DNA from: Trypanosoma brucei
Taxonomy: Eukaryota
NCBI GenBank assembly: GCA_000002445.1
Contig: CH464491.1
Coordinates: 1,440,001-1,504,000, forward strand
Reading direction: 5' to 3'
DNA: 64,000 nt
In this document: in pieces, positions 11,001 to 20,656 of the stretch
Numbering within the stretch: position 1 is the stretch's first letter
Layout: every line of letters begins with the position of its first letter
Position numbers and translations under genes: made by a program
The notes under the pieces: model-generated
Told to the model about the DNA's origin: nothing
The model's database searches: none
Seen by the model: the letters and a program-made list of their open reading frames with translations, nothing else

Positions 11001-11165
11001 ATGTGGCAACGAGGGTTGGCGTTGCTTGGACTTGCAGAGCAACTTCCTCAGAGTTTCTCCCTTCCAGCTGAGGTGTATCGTACAAGCATGCGGGCATGCC
11101 TGATGAACCGTGTACCGATCCCTAGCTTCATCCGTCAGAAGGCAATGGGCCTAGGTCCAAGCTGA
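8055..11165 (+). CDS. Hypothetical protein (1036 aa) with no recognisable domain.
   Basis: Long uninterrupted + strand ORF with codon usage like its neighbours. It is predicted to be largely alpha-helical. I saw no motif I could name. Confidence 0.6.
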   Translation: MVVAQEEYKTQPLLRRRLVLLQGFPPLEVTKRFGGCALGTGCGAPDKPGNYKRNDRPSFALPHDSILRTRRWLSVVCNRHVLEREGYVDSVRELGAFIVCSAYCADDTACMKELNAILHVLHTDALLALMEYILVCHPRVLFHPAVGGVGGTSGNESPFCNAILSAILCRCVELSSKHVAFLAGLCGSNGISSYLLLLILYHTRQSLRRTQATQVLQSLCSLALHRKPIVAGEATASHISVQSTVLSSLLVRCMELEAVHEGHDMRLLLCRALLLHGSDMQKEIRAACGWWCRKGTTSRRRAEVRNDSYIKKGNASLLSLPFEIELSDASSPAAAFAAMEAASRLLNLPDVNKEYLLLLARRRVLVSSRSPSCTGSVGPISVKLGPSVASTDTISCKVPPALHQEIPAAKQLKGEARLLGLEALTRRLLDVTQLHSAVSLVDAVLQNCPALSQLLVHRIFQLCLAEEHWDVSPAGVSAAEELTVEVLTALYRLLPHVDVADTLEEVIMYCGPACVRCEEACARSSTSLTLYYSLIKCVALHIPPDTLPKLFWRLHRKRELAAFRVSSIMLRILLQSVEYSALGSFTAEEVGIVHSFVQQERTKVDPCVVIEHQQEGKELKNSDNSTTESSGALLDAIDEYTRMRLQCVGNFKSLPLYLLGSPNDAVEGDSTSAQHAFSVALMDMFGLKAASYVGPTAVLRYREMLAWLYVVYHMSISVGCDVEVLTKLATTQGMKLRISERCRVLVELSESLTDNVVMTAFSSQVLRQESVAETPGWNICFKSWLLRRQQSQAELQHVLAGADFDESAAAFISYVALSQNDTAVIHQIKQRTSWTSCAAVLLRTDTELNSEKYRAPFSGGEGGVTFCANFNIDNTFGGTYGGGVVREQVALVGEVLAVARCAIKFAEGWWDNPYYENSEMPATAQLACIWAHTDLLFLEEDCVRKLEHYEALLRLCKGERYVKFLQHLPEGTHSDIFGLTLGMWQRGLALLGLAEQLPQSFSLPAEVYRTSMRACLMNRVPIPSFIRQKAMGLGPS

Positions 11166-11518
11166 TTCAACTACCGTGGTTTCATTTTTCATTTCCAAGA
11201 CGACGACTGCTGTTCATCAAACCATGCCAATGAGCACCGACCATCGTTCTGCCAGCACGCTTTGGTTTGAGCGAGTGTTTGCAGCGCCCTTTGAGTGGCT
11301 CTTGTTTTGTAGTGTAGTTGGATGGAGGATTGCTGTTCTTGTTCCATCCCCCTCCTTAATCGCCGTCCCGCACTTCATGCTGAACGTTTCGGTGTTTAGC
11401 CTCTAGCATGTTGTGGAAAAGGGTGAGTTGTACCGGCATAATATATTGTTTGGAGTTGCATCCTTCTGTTTTTGTTTCTAACCCAAGGCTAGGTTTGTCA
11501 TATACGCTGAGGTAAGTT

Positions 11519-12481
11519 TTGGGTGGTTGTGGTTCGAATTTCCAAGCAGTTCATCAACCAACTCAAACTGCAGCTCGCGCATACGCAAGAGACACATCAT
11601 CAATTATTAGGCGAGGGCCAATATTGCGGTCCAGACGGTGGTGGGGCATGTTGAATGCGGCGCTTTACGAGCGGACGCAAATTATAATCGGAGATGAGGG
11701 CGTGAAAAGGCTCCATCAGGTTAATATATTTCTTGCTGGAGTTGGGGGTGTGGGAGGCCACTGTGCTGAGGCTCTCGTGCGAGGTGGCGTCGGTAAGATT
11801 ACCATATGCGACTACGATGTTGTGTCCGCGACCAATAAAAATCGACAACTCGTGGCAATGGATAGCACTGTAGGAAAAAGCAAGGTAGACGTCCTTGCTC
11901 GTCGGTTGCAGGACATCAACGCCCACTGTCGCGTGACAGCATTGGAGGCGTTGTTGCTTCCAGAGGATATGGAGGATTTTTTGACACGTCAGCGCTACGA
12001 TTATGTGGTGGATTGCATTGACAGCGTCGAGTGTAAGGTTGCGCTGCTGAGCACAGCGGTGCGACTCGGGCTGCGCACGTATGCCTCATGTGGTGCTGGC
12101 GGCCGGGTGGACCCTTCACTCGTTAGGGTTAGTGACATTTTTGACACCGTGAACGACGCCTTAGCTCGCTGTTGTCGAAGTGAGCTACGTAAGCGCGGTG
12201 TTGGACCTGGTGCCATTACAGCTGTGCACAGTAGTGAGTTGGGTTGTCCTCCCTTGGAACCCCAACGGCAAGAGGCGGGTGGACGGGACCGAGCCATCAA
12301 CGGTACGGTAAGTTACATGCCACCTTTGTTCGGGCTGTTGCTTGCATCTTCTGTACTGAGGCACGCGGTGGACCCTGTAAAAGCAGAAAAAGAAGCAGAG
12401 CGGAGATTGAAGAAGGCAAAGAAAGAGGAGGCTCGGGCTCACAAGAAGGCTTCCCGGTTGGTAGGCGTGAAACGATGCTGA
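11519..12481 (+). CDS. ThiF/MoeB-family E1-like enzyme of the TcdA/CsdL (yeast Tcd1/Tcd2) type, a tRNA threonylcarbamoyladenosine dehydratase, with a C-terminal membrane anchor.
   Basis: NIFLAGVGGVGGHCAEALVRGGVGKITICDYDVVSATNKNRQL is the Rossmann/ATP motif of ThiF-family proteins and aligns closely with E. coli TcdA. Residues ~265-285 form a C-terminal hydrophobic stretch (YMPPLFGLLLASSVLRHAV) followed by a basic tail, as in yeast Tcd1. Confidence 0.8.
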   Translation: MGGCGSNFQAVHQPTQTAARAYARDTSSIIRRGPILRSRRWWGMLNAALYERTQIIIGDEGVKRLHQVNIFLAGVGGVGGHCAEALVRGGVGKITICDYDVVSATNKNRQLVAMDSTVGKSKVDVLARRLQDINAHCRVTALEALLLPEDMEDFLTRQRYDYVVDCIDSVECKVALLSTAVRLGLRTYASCGAGGRVDPSLVRVSDIFDTVNDALARCCRSELRKRGVGPGAITAVHSSELGCPPLEPQRQEAGGRDRAINGTVSYMPPLFGLLLASSVLRHAVDPVKAEKEAERRLKKAKKEEARAHKKASRLVGVKRC

Positions 12482-13011
12482 AGGAGCGTGTGCGTGCGTG
12501 TGTCATATTGTAATAATTGCGATGAAGCACCGGACTTTTGCATCTTTGGTTTAAATTGTGTTGCGCATTGCTTGTCCACACGTTTAATGGGCATTGGATT
12601 AAAGCATGCACATCACCTGCGCTGTCGCTTCGCATAACATCTCCATGCCCTCAAGTTCGTTGGTACTTGGAAGCTGTGTGTGACACGCACATGAGGCATA
12701 GCTAGTGTCTGAAGGTAATGAAGCGGAGGTCCCCTTTCCCGTAGTTTCCCCCTTCTTACCGGCGGATCATTGATGTCTCCCTTTTATTCTCCTTATAAAG
12801 AAAGGAAAAAAGTTTAAACCACCCATTACGCAATACTCCGTTCCTGACACATACATACAGGATCTAATAACACCAGCGAGGTCAACATCACATACACATT
12901 TACATTTGTTCCACTAGCTTAGTTAGTTGTTAGGTGAAGTGCAGCGGAACAGCGCGGTTGGCCTTTTGCTGCGGCCTTACGCTCCTCTTCTAATTTATTA
13001 CTTAGGGAAGT

Positions 13012-13776
13012 TTGGTTTTAGGGATGCAAAGGCACAGTTCGCACCTGCTTTTGCTCCTAGTTGCAGTTGTCATCCCCGTTTGTTCCGAGGATAAACTGGA
13101 CTTTACTAAGTTGCGTGACCCGTTTGACATGGATGAAATAAACAGGAAGCTTCAGGAAAAAGTTGCCGACGATGATCCGGTCCAGAAGGCGATGCCAGAT
13201 CCAATGGATCCAAAGTTTCGCGCACCCCTCCGGTGCTCCGCATGTGGAGCCGTTATTGAGCACGCTGTCCGACTTCTAAGGCCCATCATTGAACGACAGT
13301 CAGAGCGAGCAGCTCGCAGCGGCGGTGTTTTGCCGGCTGACGCACTGCCAAAAGAGTACGAAATGGTTGACATTTTTGAGAATTTGTGCGGTGAGGTGGG
13401 GCGCCTGTACGGACTGGAGGTTGAGAAAGACAAGAAGAGGCCCACGTTGCGCTTTTCCAAATCATTTGGTGTAAGCCGCCTGCAGGGCGCATGGATGCCA
13501 TCTTTTCTTACCTCTACATGTGAGGGTGTACTTGATGTGGAGGGGGAAGAGAAACTTGCCGCCATGATCCTTGGGGTTGCGAGGTCTGAGGCTGAGGCAG
13601 GGAGGGGAAAAGTAATATCAATGAATCCAGATCAAGGGATCGTAGACAAGGTACGCGAGATGGTCTGCACAAAATGGGAAGAGTCTGCGAAGGGATGTGA
13701 CGCATATGGTGTGGCAATCGATCCGAGGGAGACTGACAACGATGATGGTGCTGAAGAAGCTGCTAGTGATCTATAG
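13012..13776 (+). CDS. Secreted or ER-lumenal hypothetical protein with a signal peptide, possibly a saposin-like/canopy (DUF3456) fold.
   Basis: The N-terminus MVLGMQRHSSHLLLLLVAVVIPVCSEDKL is a classic signal peptide. The mature part has six spaced cysteines that include a CxxC (RCSACGAV...NLCGEV...TSTCEGV...MVCTKW...KGCDAYG), and it ends in an acidic tail. Confidence 0.5.
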   Translation: MVLGMQRHSSHLLLLLVAVVIPVCSEDKLDFTKLRDPFDMDEINRKLQEKVADDDPVQKAMPDPMDPKFRAPLRCSACGAVIEHAVRLLRPIIERQSERAARSGGVLPADALPKEYEMVDIFENLCGEVGRLYGLEVEKDKKRPTLRFSKSFGVSRLQGAWMPSFLTSTCEGVLDVEGEEKLAAMILGVARSEAEAGRGKVISMNPDQGIVDKVREMVCTKWEESAKGCDAYGVAIDPRETDNDDGAEEAASDL

Positions 13777-14437
13777 GGCCTGCAGGGACGTATGATCACT
13801 TGCTGAATTAATGTGAGTCGTGGGATCTGTAGAGATGCGGCGGAATGTCGTTCAACGTTTTGTTAGTTACTATTTGTTGTTATCATTATTAATACTGTTA
13901 TTATGTTTTGGTCGTCAGTTTATATTGTGTGATGTTCGTTACGCTACTACATGAGTTTTTTTTGCCGGTCTCCTGGTATGATGAGAGCATTTCGCCATAA
14001 TCCTCCACTGTTACCCCCTCTTTCCGTTTGTTTTGGTGTGTGTTTTTTGCCTATCTCAGTGGGTCGACTGCAAGGTCGATGTCTTCTCTATTTATTTTGT
14101 TGCTTTTCAATCTTCCTTTTTCTTTTTAATTTTTTAATGGTTACAGTGGAACAGTAACGCACACAAGGGATCCAAAAAAAAAAAAAGTAATAATCATATA
14201 CGGTAATCCTTGAGGGCATTTTCAGTACCATTAATTCCTAGGGTTGGCCGCGGAAGCCTTCCCACGAACTCTTTGTTTTTAAATTTGTTTTCTGCTGTTA
14301 TTGCTGTTGCTAACACAGCTTTCGTTTTGGGTTCAAGAGAGAAAGATCACGTAGGTTCGTTATTCGTAGCGAGGGAGAGGAGTCGCAAAAAAAAAAAAAA
14401 AAGAAAAAAGTGGCACTTGTGGAAAAGGCCAAAGAGG

Positions 14438-14469
14438 CCTCTCTTCTTCGTGTTCTTCTTCCTTCATTA
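14438..14469 (+). promoter_or_regulatory. Polypyrimidine tract plus AG, a putative splice-acceptor signal for the LRR gene.
   Basis: cctctcttcttcgtgttcttcttccttcattag lies about 90 nt upstream of the ATG at 14559. Confidence 0.45.
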
Positions 14470-14558
14470 GTGTGAGGGTTGAGTTTACCACCGAGAAAGT
14501 GACTGTGTTTGCTTAGTTTCACCGTGTCCTACATTTTACTAGAGGGTGTGACGAGAAA

Positions 14559-17500
14559 ATGGTGTATGAGAGTGAATCTTGCAGAAATATTACTTCTGCT
14601 GAAGATCGTGGTAGGGCATCGTCAGTCGTCGTGGAGCACCTGCGCGCTGCAATCGTTCAGGCAATGAAGAGTTCTGAGACGGCGGAGCTCGTCGCATTAA
14701 TATGTGACAACAACGGGCTAACGGTGGAGGAATTTCTTCAGGCGCCGCATGAATTTACGGAAATGGAACTTTTTCTGCTGGCGACACCACAGCTTCCTCA
14801 ACTGCGCTTATTTCCGTACCTTACCGTTGTTAAGGTCATGCACGTTGGACTGGAAAGTATGGAGCCTTTTTCACCTCTGCACCACATAGAGGAGTTGTGG
14901 TTGTGCGATAACAACATCACTGTGATTGAGGGCGTGCGGCAAATGCGGAGCCTCAAATATCTTTATTTGCAGGGCAATCTTATCGAGTCAATGGATGGTA
15001 TTCCGTCTCTTCCCAATCTGGAAAGACTGTGGCTCTGTAGGAATCGGCTCCAGAATATACGGAAGCTTGATTTACTGCCGCAGTTACGGTCGCTGTGGGT
15101 CGCATCGAACCGTATCACGTCACTGGAGGGCGCTTTTGATTCCAGTATGACTGCATTGGAGGAACTTAACTTGTCCAACAATCAAATATATTTCTTCGGA
15201 CAAATCAAGAATTTGAGTGTTCTCAAATCTCTTCGCGTTCTGTGGCTGAGTGACCCTATGTACGGTGACGCCCCCATTTATCACTTGAGTAATTACACTA
15301 CCTTTTCATTGCAACATTTACCACACTTGGAGCAACTCGATGGTGTTTCAATTACGATGGAGCAACGTTCATTGACCGTGTCTGTGTACGCAAAAAAGAG
15401 CATATATTACAGCATGAGAGGGGCTATACTCAACGGTAATGTAGCTCTCATGTATAAATTTGCGCAACAGGAGGCGGAGAAGAAACGCAACTTCGCGCGC
15501 GATGCGATACGTCGTTTGGATATACAACTGATGAAGTTAGGCGAGTATGGCCGTGACGGCCAATATGTGAGTCGAGTTGTAACCGCCGAAGAGGAAGCGC
15601 ACCGTCAAACGCTGAAGCGTGCGCGAGAAACCCGGGAGGTGGAATTAGAGGGGATTGAAAGACAGTTATTAGAAGCATGGAGCCGGACCACGTTCGAAAC
15701 GGAAAGTTTACACGAGAGACTGCTTCTAGAACTTAATTCGTGTGGAAGCATTCGACTAGAAGAAGGCTCTGAAGCCGATAGTTGGTATGTCAATGCCGGG
15801 GAATTGCTGACTTCGCGCTTTGACGCCGATTTGTACGAAGGTATGGGCGTGACGGGCGTAAAGGTGAATCGCGTGTTTCGCATTACCTGTCAGGGCCTGC
15901 GGGAGCGCTTTGACAACCGGATACGTGAACTTGACGTTGACCTCGCAGATACTCGAAACCGACGCGCACTAATTCGTCTCTTTAGTGCAATACCTCGACA
16001 TGCTAAAGACCAGCGTAGTTTCCTGTATGAGGTAATGACTAATGGTTTTCCTGGACTCTATGCTGAGGATGAGGGTGTACCTTTAACGAACAGTTTGTTT
16101 TACGCGGATCAAGAACGACTTCTTTCATTGAAGAGGAATCGGAATATATTCGGTCTGACGTCGCAACCGGATCAACTTTCCGCCCAGCTTTTGGTCTCAC
16201 GCTTATTCCTAGGCAAATGTGTTGCAGAGATGGGAGGCGGTCGGGACACCAGTTTGGAAGAAGGAGGTGATAAGGCTGTCGAACAGCCTTTCATGACCGG
16301 ACGCCGCAAAGTCACGAGGCGACACTATGGTGACGGGGTATTTTCTGTTTATCGCGCATCCGAACACAACCCTGCTGTGAAGGTGTGGCACGTCTTTGAT
16401 AAGTGTCTCTTGCTTCCCGAGTACGTGATTGATTTTACGTACACGACGAAAGCGCACCTCACCATCAGTCCTCCACTGTCCATGTATGATAAAAGGGAAT
16501 CGTTACAAGCTCTGCTTGATAAAGTAATGCCTATGGGCGCCCAAGACGCTATCAACGACGCGCGGACGGCAGGATATCCACTGCTTCACTTCTTGCATTG
16601 GTTGGACAGCAACGCCTTTCATGTTTATAGCAGTGGTGAGACGGAGAAGGCTATTAGTCGCGCCAAGGAACTATACCAACCTAAACACGGTCTGATGCTT
16701 ATCAATGGGCCACTCACTAATGAACTAGTGGACTCATACATTAGCAACTACGGCACTCTTAGTGACTCTATGTTAACATATTGTGACATATCTGAAAAGC
16801 AAATTCATTGCATCCCAGAATCACTCACCACTTCCGCGTGGGGAGCACTGAAAACACTTCTTCTACACCATAATAAAATAACTACTGTTGCGTGGGAGGC
16901 CCTTGCAAACGCTGCTCCGACCCTCGAAACGTTAGACCTTGGAAACAATGAAATTGCGCGAATCGATCTCGGAGCTGCATCGTTTCCAGGCCTGAAAAAA
17001 TTGTGTTTGAGCTTCAACAGCTGTAGTGCGATGGATGACCTGCGTCAGTTGCCGGCGAAGATGCCGGAGTTGTGCTGCCTTCACATAGACCATAATCCGT
17101 GGATGATGAACAAGGTTGTGGAGCCCTTTTGCGTTTCTATCATGCCAGAGTTGCAGCAACTCAATGGTATTGCCATCTCAAGGCATGCCCGCCTCAGCTA
17201 TTTACGGAAGCGAACTTTAATGCTGAACCAGTCTACGTTGCAGTACATAGTTTCTGAAGAGCAGAAATTGCGCGCGGAGTCGGCGACCGAAGCATTTCCC
17301 AACAGTGGGTGCGGGAATGTGTTAGATGACAGTAGTAGTAGTAACAATAACAATAGCGATGTCTTTAGATCACGCTACTTCGAGCAGGTGATTGCGAACA
17401 TGGCTGATAGGGTGAACCAGGATCGCCCGTTCGCGCCAACTGCGGGGAAGGAGTTGTCAGGACCACCACTGAGAAGTGTTCGCGCCTTTTCATTTCATAG

Positions 17501-19055
17501 TAGTCTTAGCAGTGATATCAAGTGGGTCACACTACTGCCGCAGTTACGTCATCTTAGTCTTACTTCTCACCTAATAGAGGATATTAGTCCTCTGGCGCAG
17601 CTGCGGCATCTTAGGACACTGAATTTGAATGACAATCTTGTTAACTCAACAAAACCACTGGAAGGAATGAGGTTAATTTCCCTCGATCTTTCTAGAAATT
17701 GTCTTTATGAGGTGGACGGTATAGCAAGTCTTTGTGATTTGCGGTTTCTCTCCATCCGGCAGAACTTCATCACCAGTGTTACGGAACTACAGAATTGTCT
17801 TTCCCTTGAAGAACTATACCTTGCAGACAATAATGTCCCCGATGTACGTGAATTGTGCTTGCTTCAGAGCTTACCGAAACTAGTTTCAATGGACGCTGCG
17901 GGAAATCTTTGTGCTGAGCGTGAGAACGCGGAGAAGCTCACGGAGTATCGAGACTGTCTCTTGTACAATATGCCAAAGCTGAAGGTGCTTGATGGTCTCC
18001 CTGTTGCGGAGGCCGACCAGCAACGTGCACGGGATGTTTTTGCGGGACGTGTAAGCGCTGACTTACTTATTGAGCGTGTGGGGCCCGTTGAAATGTGGGG
18101 CACGGCTCAAGAGGTGGATCTTTCACACTGCGGTTTGAGGGAGTTGACCTTACTCGATCCCTTCAGTTGCCTCAGGGTGCTCCACTTGCATCACAACAAT
18201 TTGGAACGGATTGATGGGCTCTCATCCTTAACCAGTATTGTTGCACTTGATCTTTCCCACAACAGGTTGGGACATTGCGCCGTTGGCCGAGTGCTACGGA
18301 ATCTTCCGAACATTCATTCACTTTCTCTCGAGGGTAATCACATTACTGATGTTTCAGCCCTAAGCCTTGCTTTACCACGACTTCAATTTCTGAATCTCAA
18401 AGGGAACGAAATTTCTTCGATTGAAACGGGCTTACAAGACCTCCCAGCACTACGCGAACTACTGTTGGACAACAACAAATTACGTGCCTTAGGACCCGAT
18501 TGCTTTGCGAACAATCACCAGCTTACAGATGTTTCAGCCGACGAAAATTATATCCGCACCATCGATGGTCTGCAGTCGTTACCGAGGCTCTCAATCTTGT
18601 CACTTGGGTCCAACCGACTTGGCGATATCCGTGCAATCGCCCAGGTTCTGCGGCACAGCGGCTGCCTCGCTGCTGCCACCTTTATAGGGAATGCTGTTGC
18701 CCGTAAACCTCCGTATCGCGTGCATATGATAGCGGCACTTCCCACGCTAACAACTCTGGATCATCGTGAGATTACTGATGATGAACGTGAGCGAGCTGAA
18801 TTGATGCGTAACGCGGAGATCGGTACTCCGCATAATGTCGTACTCGATACAACTTTCCCCGCTGAAGCGGTGGGTGGTGCCCGAGCGAGTGCTCCTGTTG
18901 GGACCCTTCGCTCGATTGTGTTACATTCGCATCGCTTTCCTGCCCCAGCAACCCCGCGCCTCCAACTGCCGGTATGTAAAAACCCTCGTGGGGAGCAGCA
19001 TGGACGAGAGGGCGTTGGGAAGGGATTTGCTCCGCGGCTACACGGTGCCCGTTAA
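14559..19055 (+). CDS. Large leucine-rich-repeat protein (1498 aa) with three blocks of SDS22-like LRRs.
   Basis: The repeat LxxLxLxxNxIxxIxxL recurs many times (LWLCDNNITVIEGV..., LYLQGNLIESMDGI..., LWLCRNRLQNIRKL..., LNLNDNLVNSTKPL..., LHLHHNNLERIDGL..., LSLEGNHITDVSAL...). The blocks fall at about aa 100-260, 980-1130 and 1190-1380, separated by coiled-coil and low-complexity spacers. Confidence 0.85.
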   Translation: MVYESESCRNITSAEDRGRASSVVVEHLRAAIVQAMKSSETAELVALICDNNGLTVEEFLQAPHEFTEMELFLLATPQLPQLRLFPYLTVVKVMHVGLESMEPFSPLHHIEELWLCDNNITVIEGVRQMRSLKYLYLQGNLIESMDGIPSLPNLERLWLCRNRLQNIRKLDLLPQLRSLWVASNRITSLEGAFDSSMTALEELNLSNNQIYFFGQIKNLSVLKSLRVLWLSDPMYGDAPIYHLSNYTTFSLQHLPHLEQLDGVSITMEQRSLTVSVYAKKSIYYSMRGAILNGNVALMYKFAQQEAEKKRNFARDAIRRLDIQLMKLGEYGRDGQYVSRVVTAEEEAHRQTLKRARETREVELEGIERQLLEAWSRTTFETESLHERLLLELNSCGSIRLEEGSEADSWYVNAGELLTSRFDADLYEGMGVTGVKVNRVFRITCQGLRERFDNRIRELDVDLADTRNRRALIRLFSAIPRHAKDQRSFLYEVMTNGFPGLYAEDEGVPLTNSLFYADQERLLSLKRNRNIFGLTSQPDQLSAQLLVSRLFLGKCVAEMGGGRDTSLEEGGDKAVEQPFMTGRRKVTRRHYGDGVFSVYRASEHNPAVKVWHVFDKCLLLPEYVIDFTYTTKAHLTISPPLSMYDKRESLQALLDKVMPMGAQDAINDARTAGYPLLHFLHWLDSNAFHVYSSGETEKAISRAKELYQPKHGLMLINGPLTNELVDSYISNYGTLSDSMLTYCDISEKQIHCIPESLTTSAWGALKTLLLHHNKITTVAWEALANAAPTLETLDLGNNEIARIDLGAASFPGLKKLCLSFNSCSAMDDLRQLPAKMPELCCLHIDHNPWMMNKVVEPFCVSIMPELQQLNGIAISRHARLSYLRKRTLMLNQSTLQYIVSEEQKLRAESATEAFPNSGCGNVLDDSSSSNNNNSDVFRSRYFEQVIANMADRVNQDRPFAPTAGKELSGPPLRSVRAFSFHSSLSSDIKWVTLLPQLRHLSLTSHLIEDISPLAQLRHLRTLNLNDNLVNSTKPLEGMRLISLDLSRNCLYEVDGIASLCDLRFLSIRQNFITSVTELQNCLSLEELYLADNNVPDVRELCLLQSLPKLVSMDAAGNLCAERENAEKLTEYRDCLLYNMPKLKVLDGLPVAEADQQRARDVFAGRVSADLLIERVGPVEMWGTAQEVDLSHCGLRELTLLDPFSCLRVLHLHHNNLERIDGLSSLTSIVALDLSHNRLGHCAVGRVLRNLPNIHSLSLEGNHITDVSALSLALPRLQFLNLKGNEISSIETGLQDLPALRELLLDNNKLRALGPDCFANNHQLTDVSADENYIRTIDGLQSLPRLSILSLGSNRLGDIRAIAQVLRHSGCLAAATFIGNAVARKPPYRVHMIAALPTLTTLDHREITDDERERAELMRNAEIGTPHNVVLDTTFPAEAVGGARASAPVGTLRSIVLHSHRFPAPATPRLQLPVCKNPRGEQHGREGVGKGFAPRLHGAR

Positions 19056-20656
19056 ATGAACGTTTAGGAAGTTTCTGCCCCGTAACTTCTCACCTTTTTT
19101 TATTTTTGTTACTGTTTCCCATTGCCTAACGGAGCCGATGCATGTTTGTTTGGCTGATGGCGTAGTAGTTTACTTCCTCTTGTTTTTTCCTCTCCCTGTC
19201 TCGTACGAGTTTTGATGAGCGTGTTTATAGGCCGTGAAACTGAGGTACGCTGCGTTAGGTTTGCGAAGTACGTGTGCTTGTGTTGGCGCTGGTGTATTCC
19301 GTTTAATTTTTTCTCTTTGTTTCGGTTTCACCACCCTTCTCTATCTCTCTCTTCATTTCTTTTGGTTGCTTTTGTTGTTATTGCTGTTTCACACCGTTTC
19401 CTTTCACTTCAACCGTTTTCGCGCGGGGTGTTGTACAAGCAAATATATAGATATATACCCATGTACAATTCGTAGAATTTTTGTGTGTGTGCGAGCAGTT
19501 GTATATCTGCCAGCACCATCAAAAAGAGAGGGGGGAAAATGAATGTGGGCCACGAAAGAAAAAAAAAAATAATAACTAAAATAACATAATAAACGCGGGA
19601 TCAGAAGGATGAAAAACTGTGTAAAATGCCGAGTGTGTTGAAGGATGCAGAATGAGGGAGTGATACAGGGAAGGAGATGACGGTGGTGTGAGAAGTCATT
19701 TTTTTAAAAAAAGTTTTGAAGGAAGATGACTTCAACCTTTTTTTTGTTTTAAAGGACTGCATTAAAGGGGGAAAGTAAAAACATTGCCCTATGTATTTAT
19801 ATAATTATATCTCAACTTATATATTTATAATTTTAGGAAAGCTTTCCCCTCGAACGTGTGGGAAGAGAGAAACAAGGAAGAATTATGTACATTGCGTACC
19901 GTTGGCACCGTGTAAGATAACACACCATCACTTTCTTTTTTTTTTTTTGTGGTATTTGTCTCTCACACTTTTTTCGCCGCTTTTTTGTTTATTATTCTAC
20001 ACGACTACTGCGGTACATACATACTTATTTGCATGCATGACCAGACGTCGGTAACTTTGTTCGGTGCCCTTGTCACCGCTGTATTACTGTCCTTGTTGCT
20101 TAAGTTGATGCGGCGGTGAGATTGTCACTCCTTCTTTTCAACGTCAAGTGAGTAGTTATAACGGGGCTCTCGGGTCACCAGCGCAACACGCTCACGCGGA
20201 AAAAAAATATATTGCAAACCAAAACGGTTGTTACAATCCCTCTTATTTCCCTCTTTCAATCATTTATACATTTCCAGTTTACCGTCAACAGTTATTCGGA
20301 ATACACGTCACACGACTGCGGTTCAGCAGGAGAATGCATAAATAGCCAAAGTCGGCGATCCTTGTAGTCGCTGCAATAACTGATTAAAAAAAAAAACAAA
20401 AACAACATGTCAACATATTTCTTGCACATCCCTTCTCCTCATACAACTGTTTGCTTCTGCCGTTCTTGTGAATACCCCTTTCACATTTAGTTCAGCGCCA
20501 CTCTCACAAATCAAGGAAGGAGATCATTGGAGCGGCAAGTTTACGAATTGAGGAGGAAACTGGAGGGGGATAAGCTGACACGCTACCTTTCCTGTCAAAA
20601 AGGTGGATAGGCGGAAACGTGTTTACCTGCGTCGAACGATATTTGCTTCACCGTAA

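Noticed and set aside
11530-11545. ggttcgaatttcc, resembling a tRNA T-arm (GGTTCGAATCC).
   Set aside because: No acceptor stem or cloverleaf can be built around it, and it lies at the 5' end of the ThiF-family CDS.
19212-19542. Two overlapping + strand ORFs (87 and 102 aa) in the intergenic region after the LRR gene.
   Set aside because: Their translations are low-complexity Leu/Phe-rich peptides, translated pyrimidine tracts typical of 3'UTR/intergenic sequence, with no domain.
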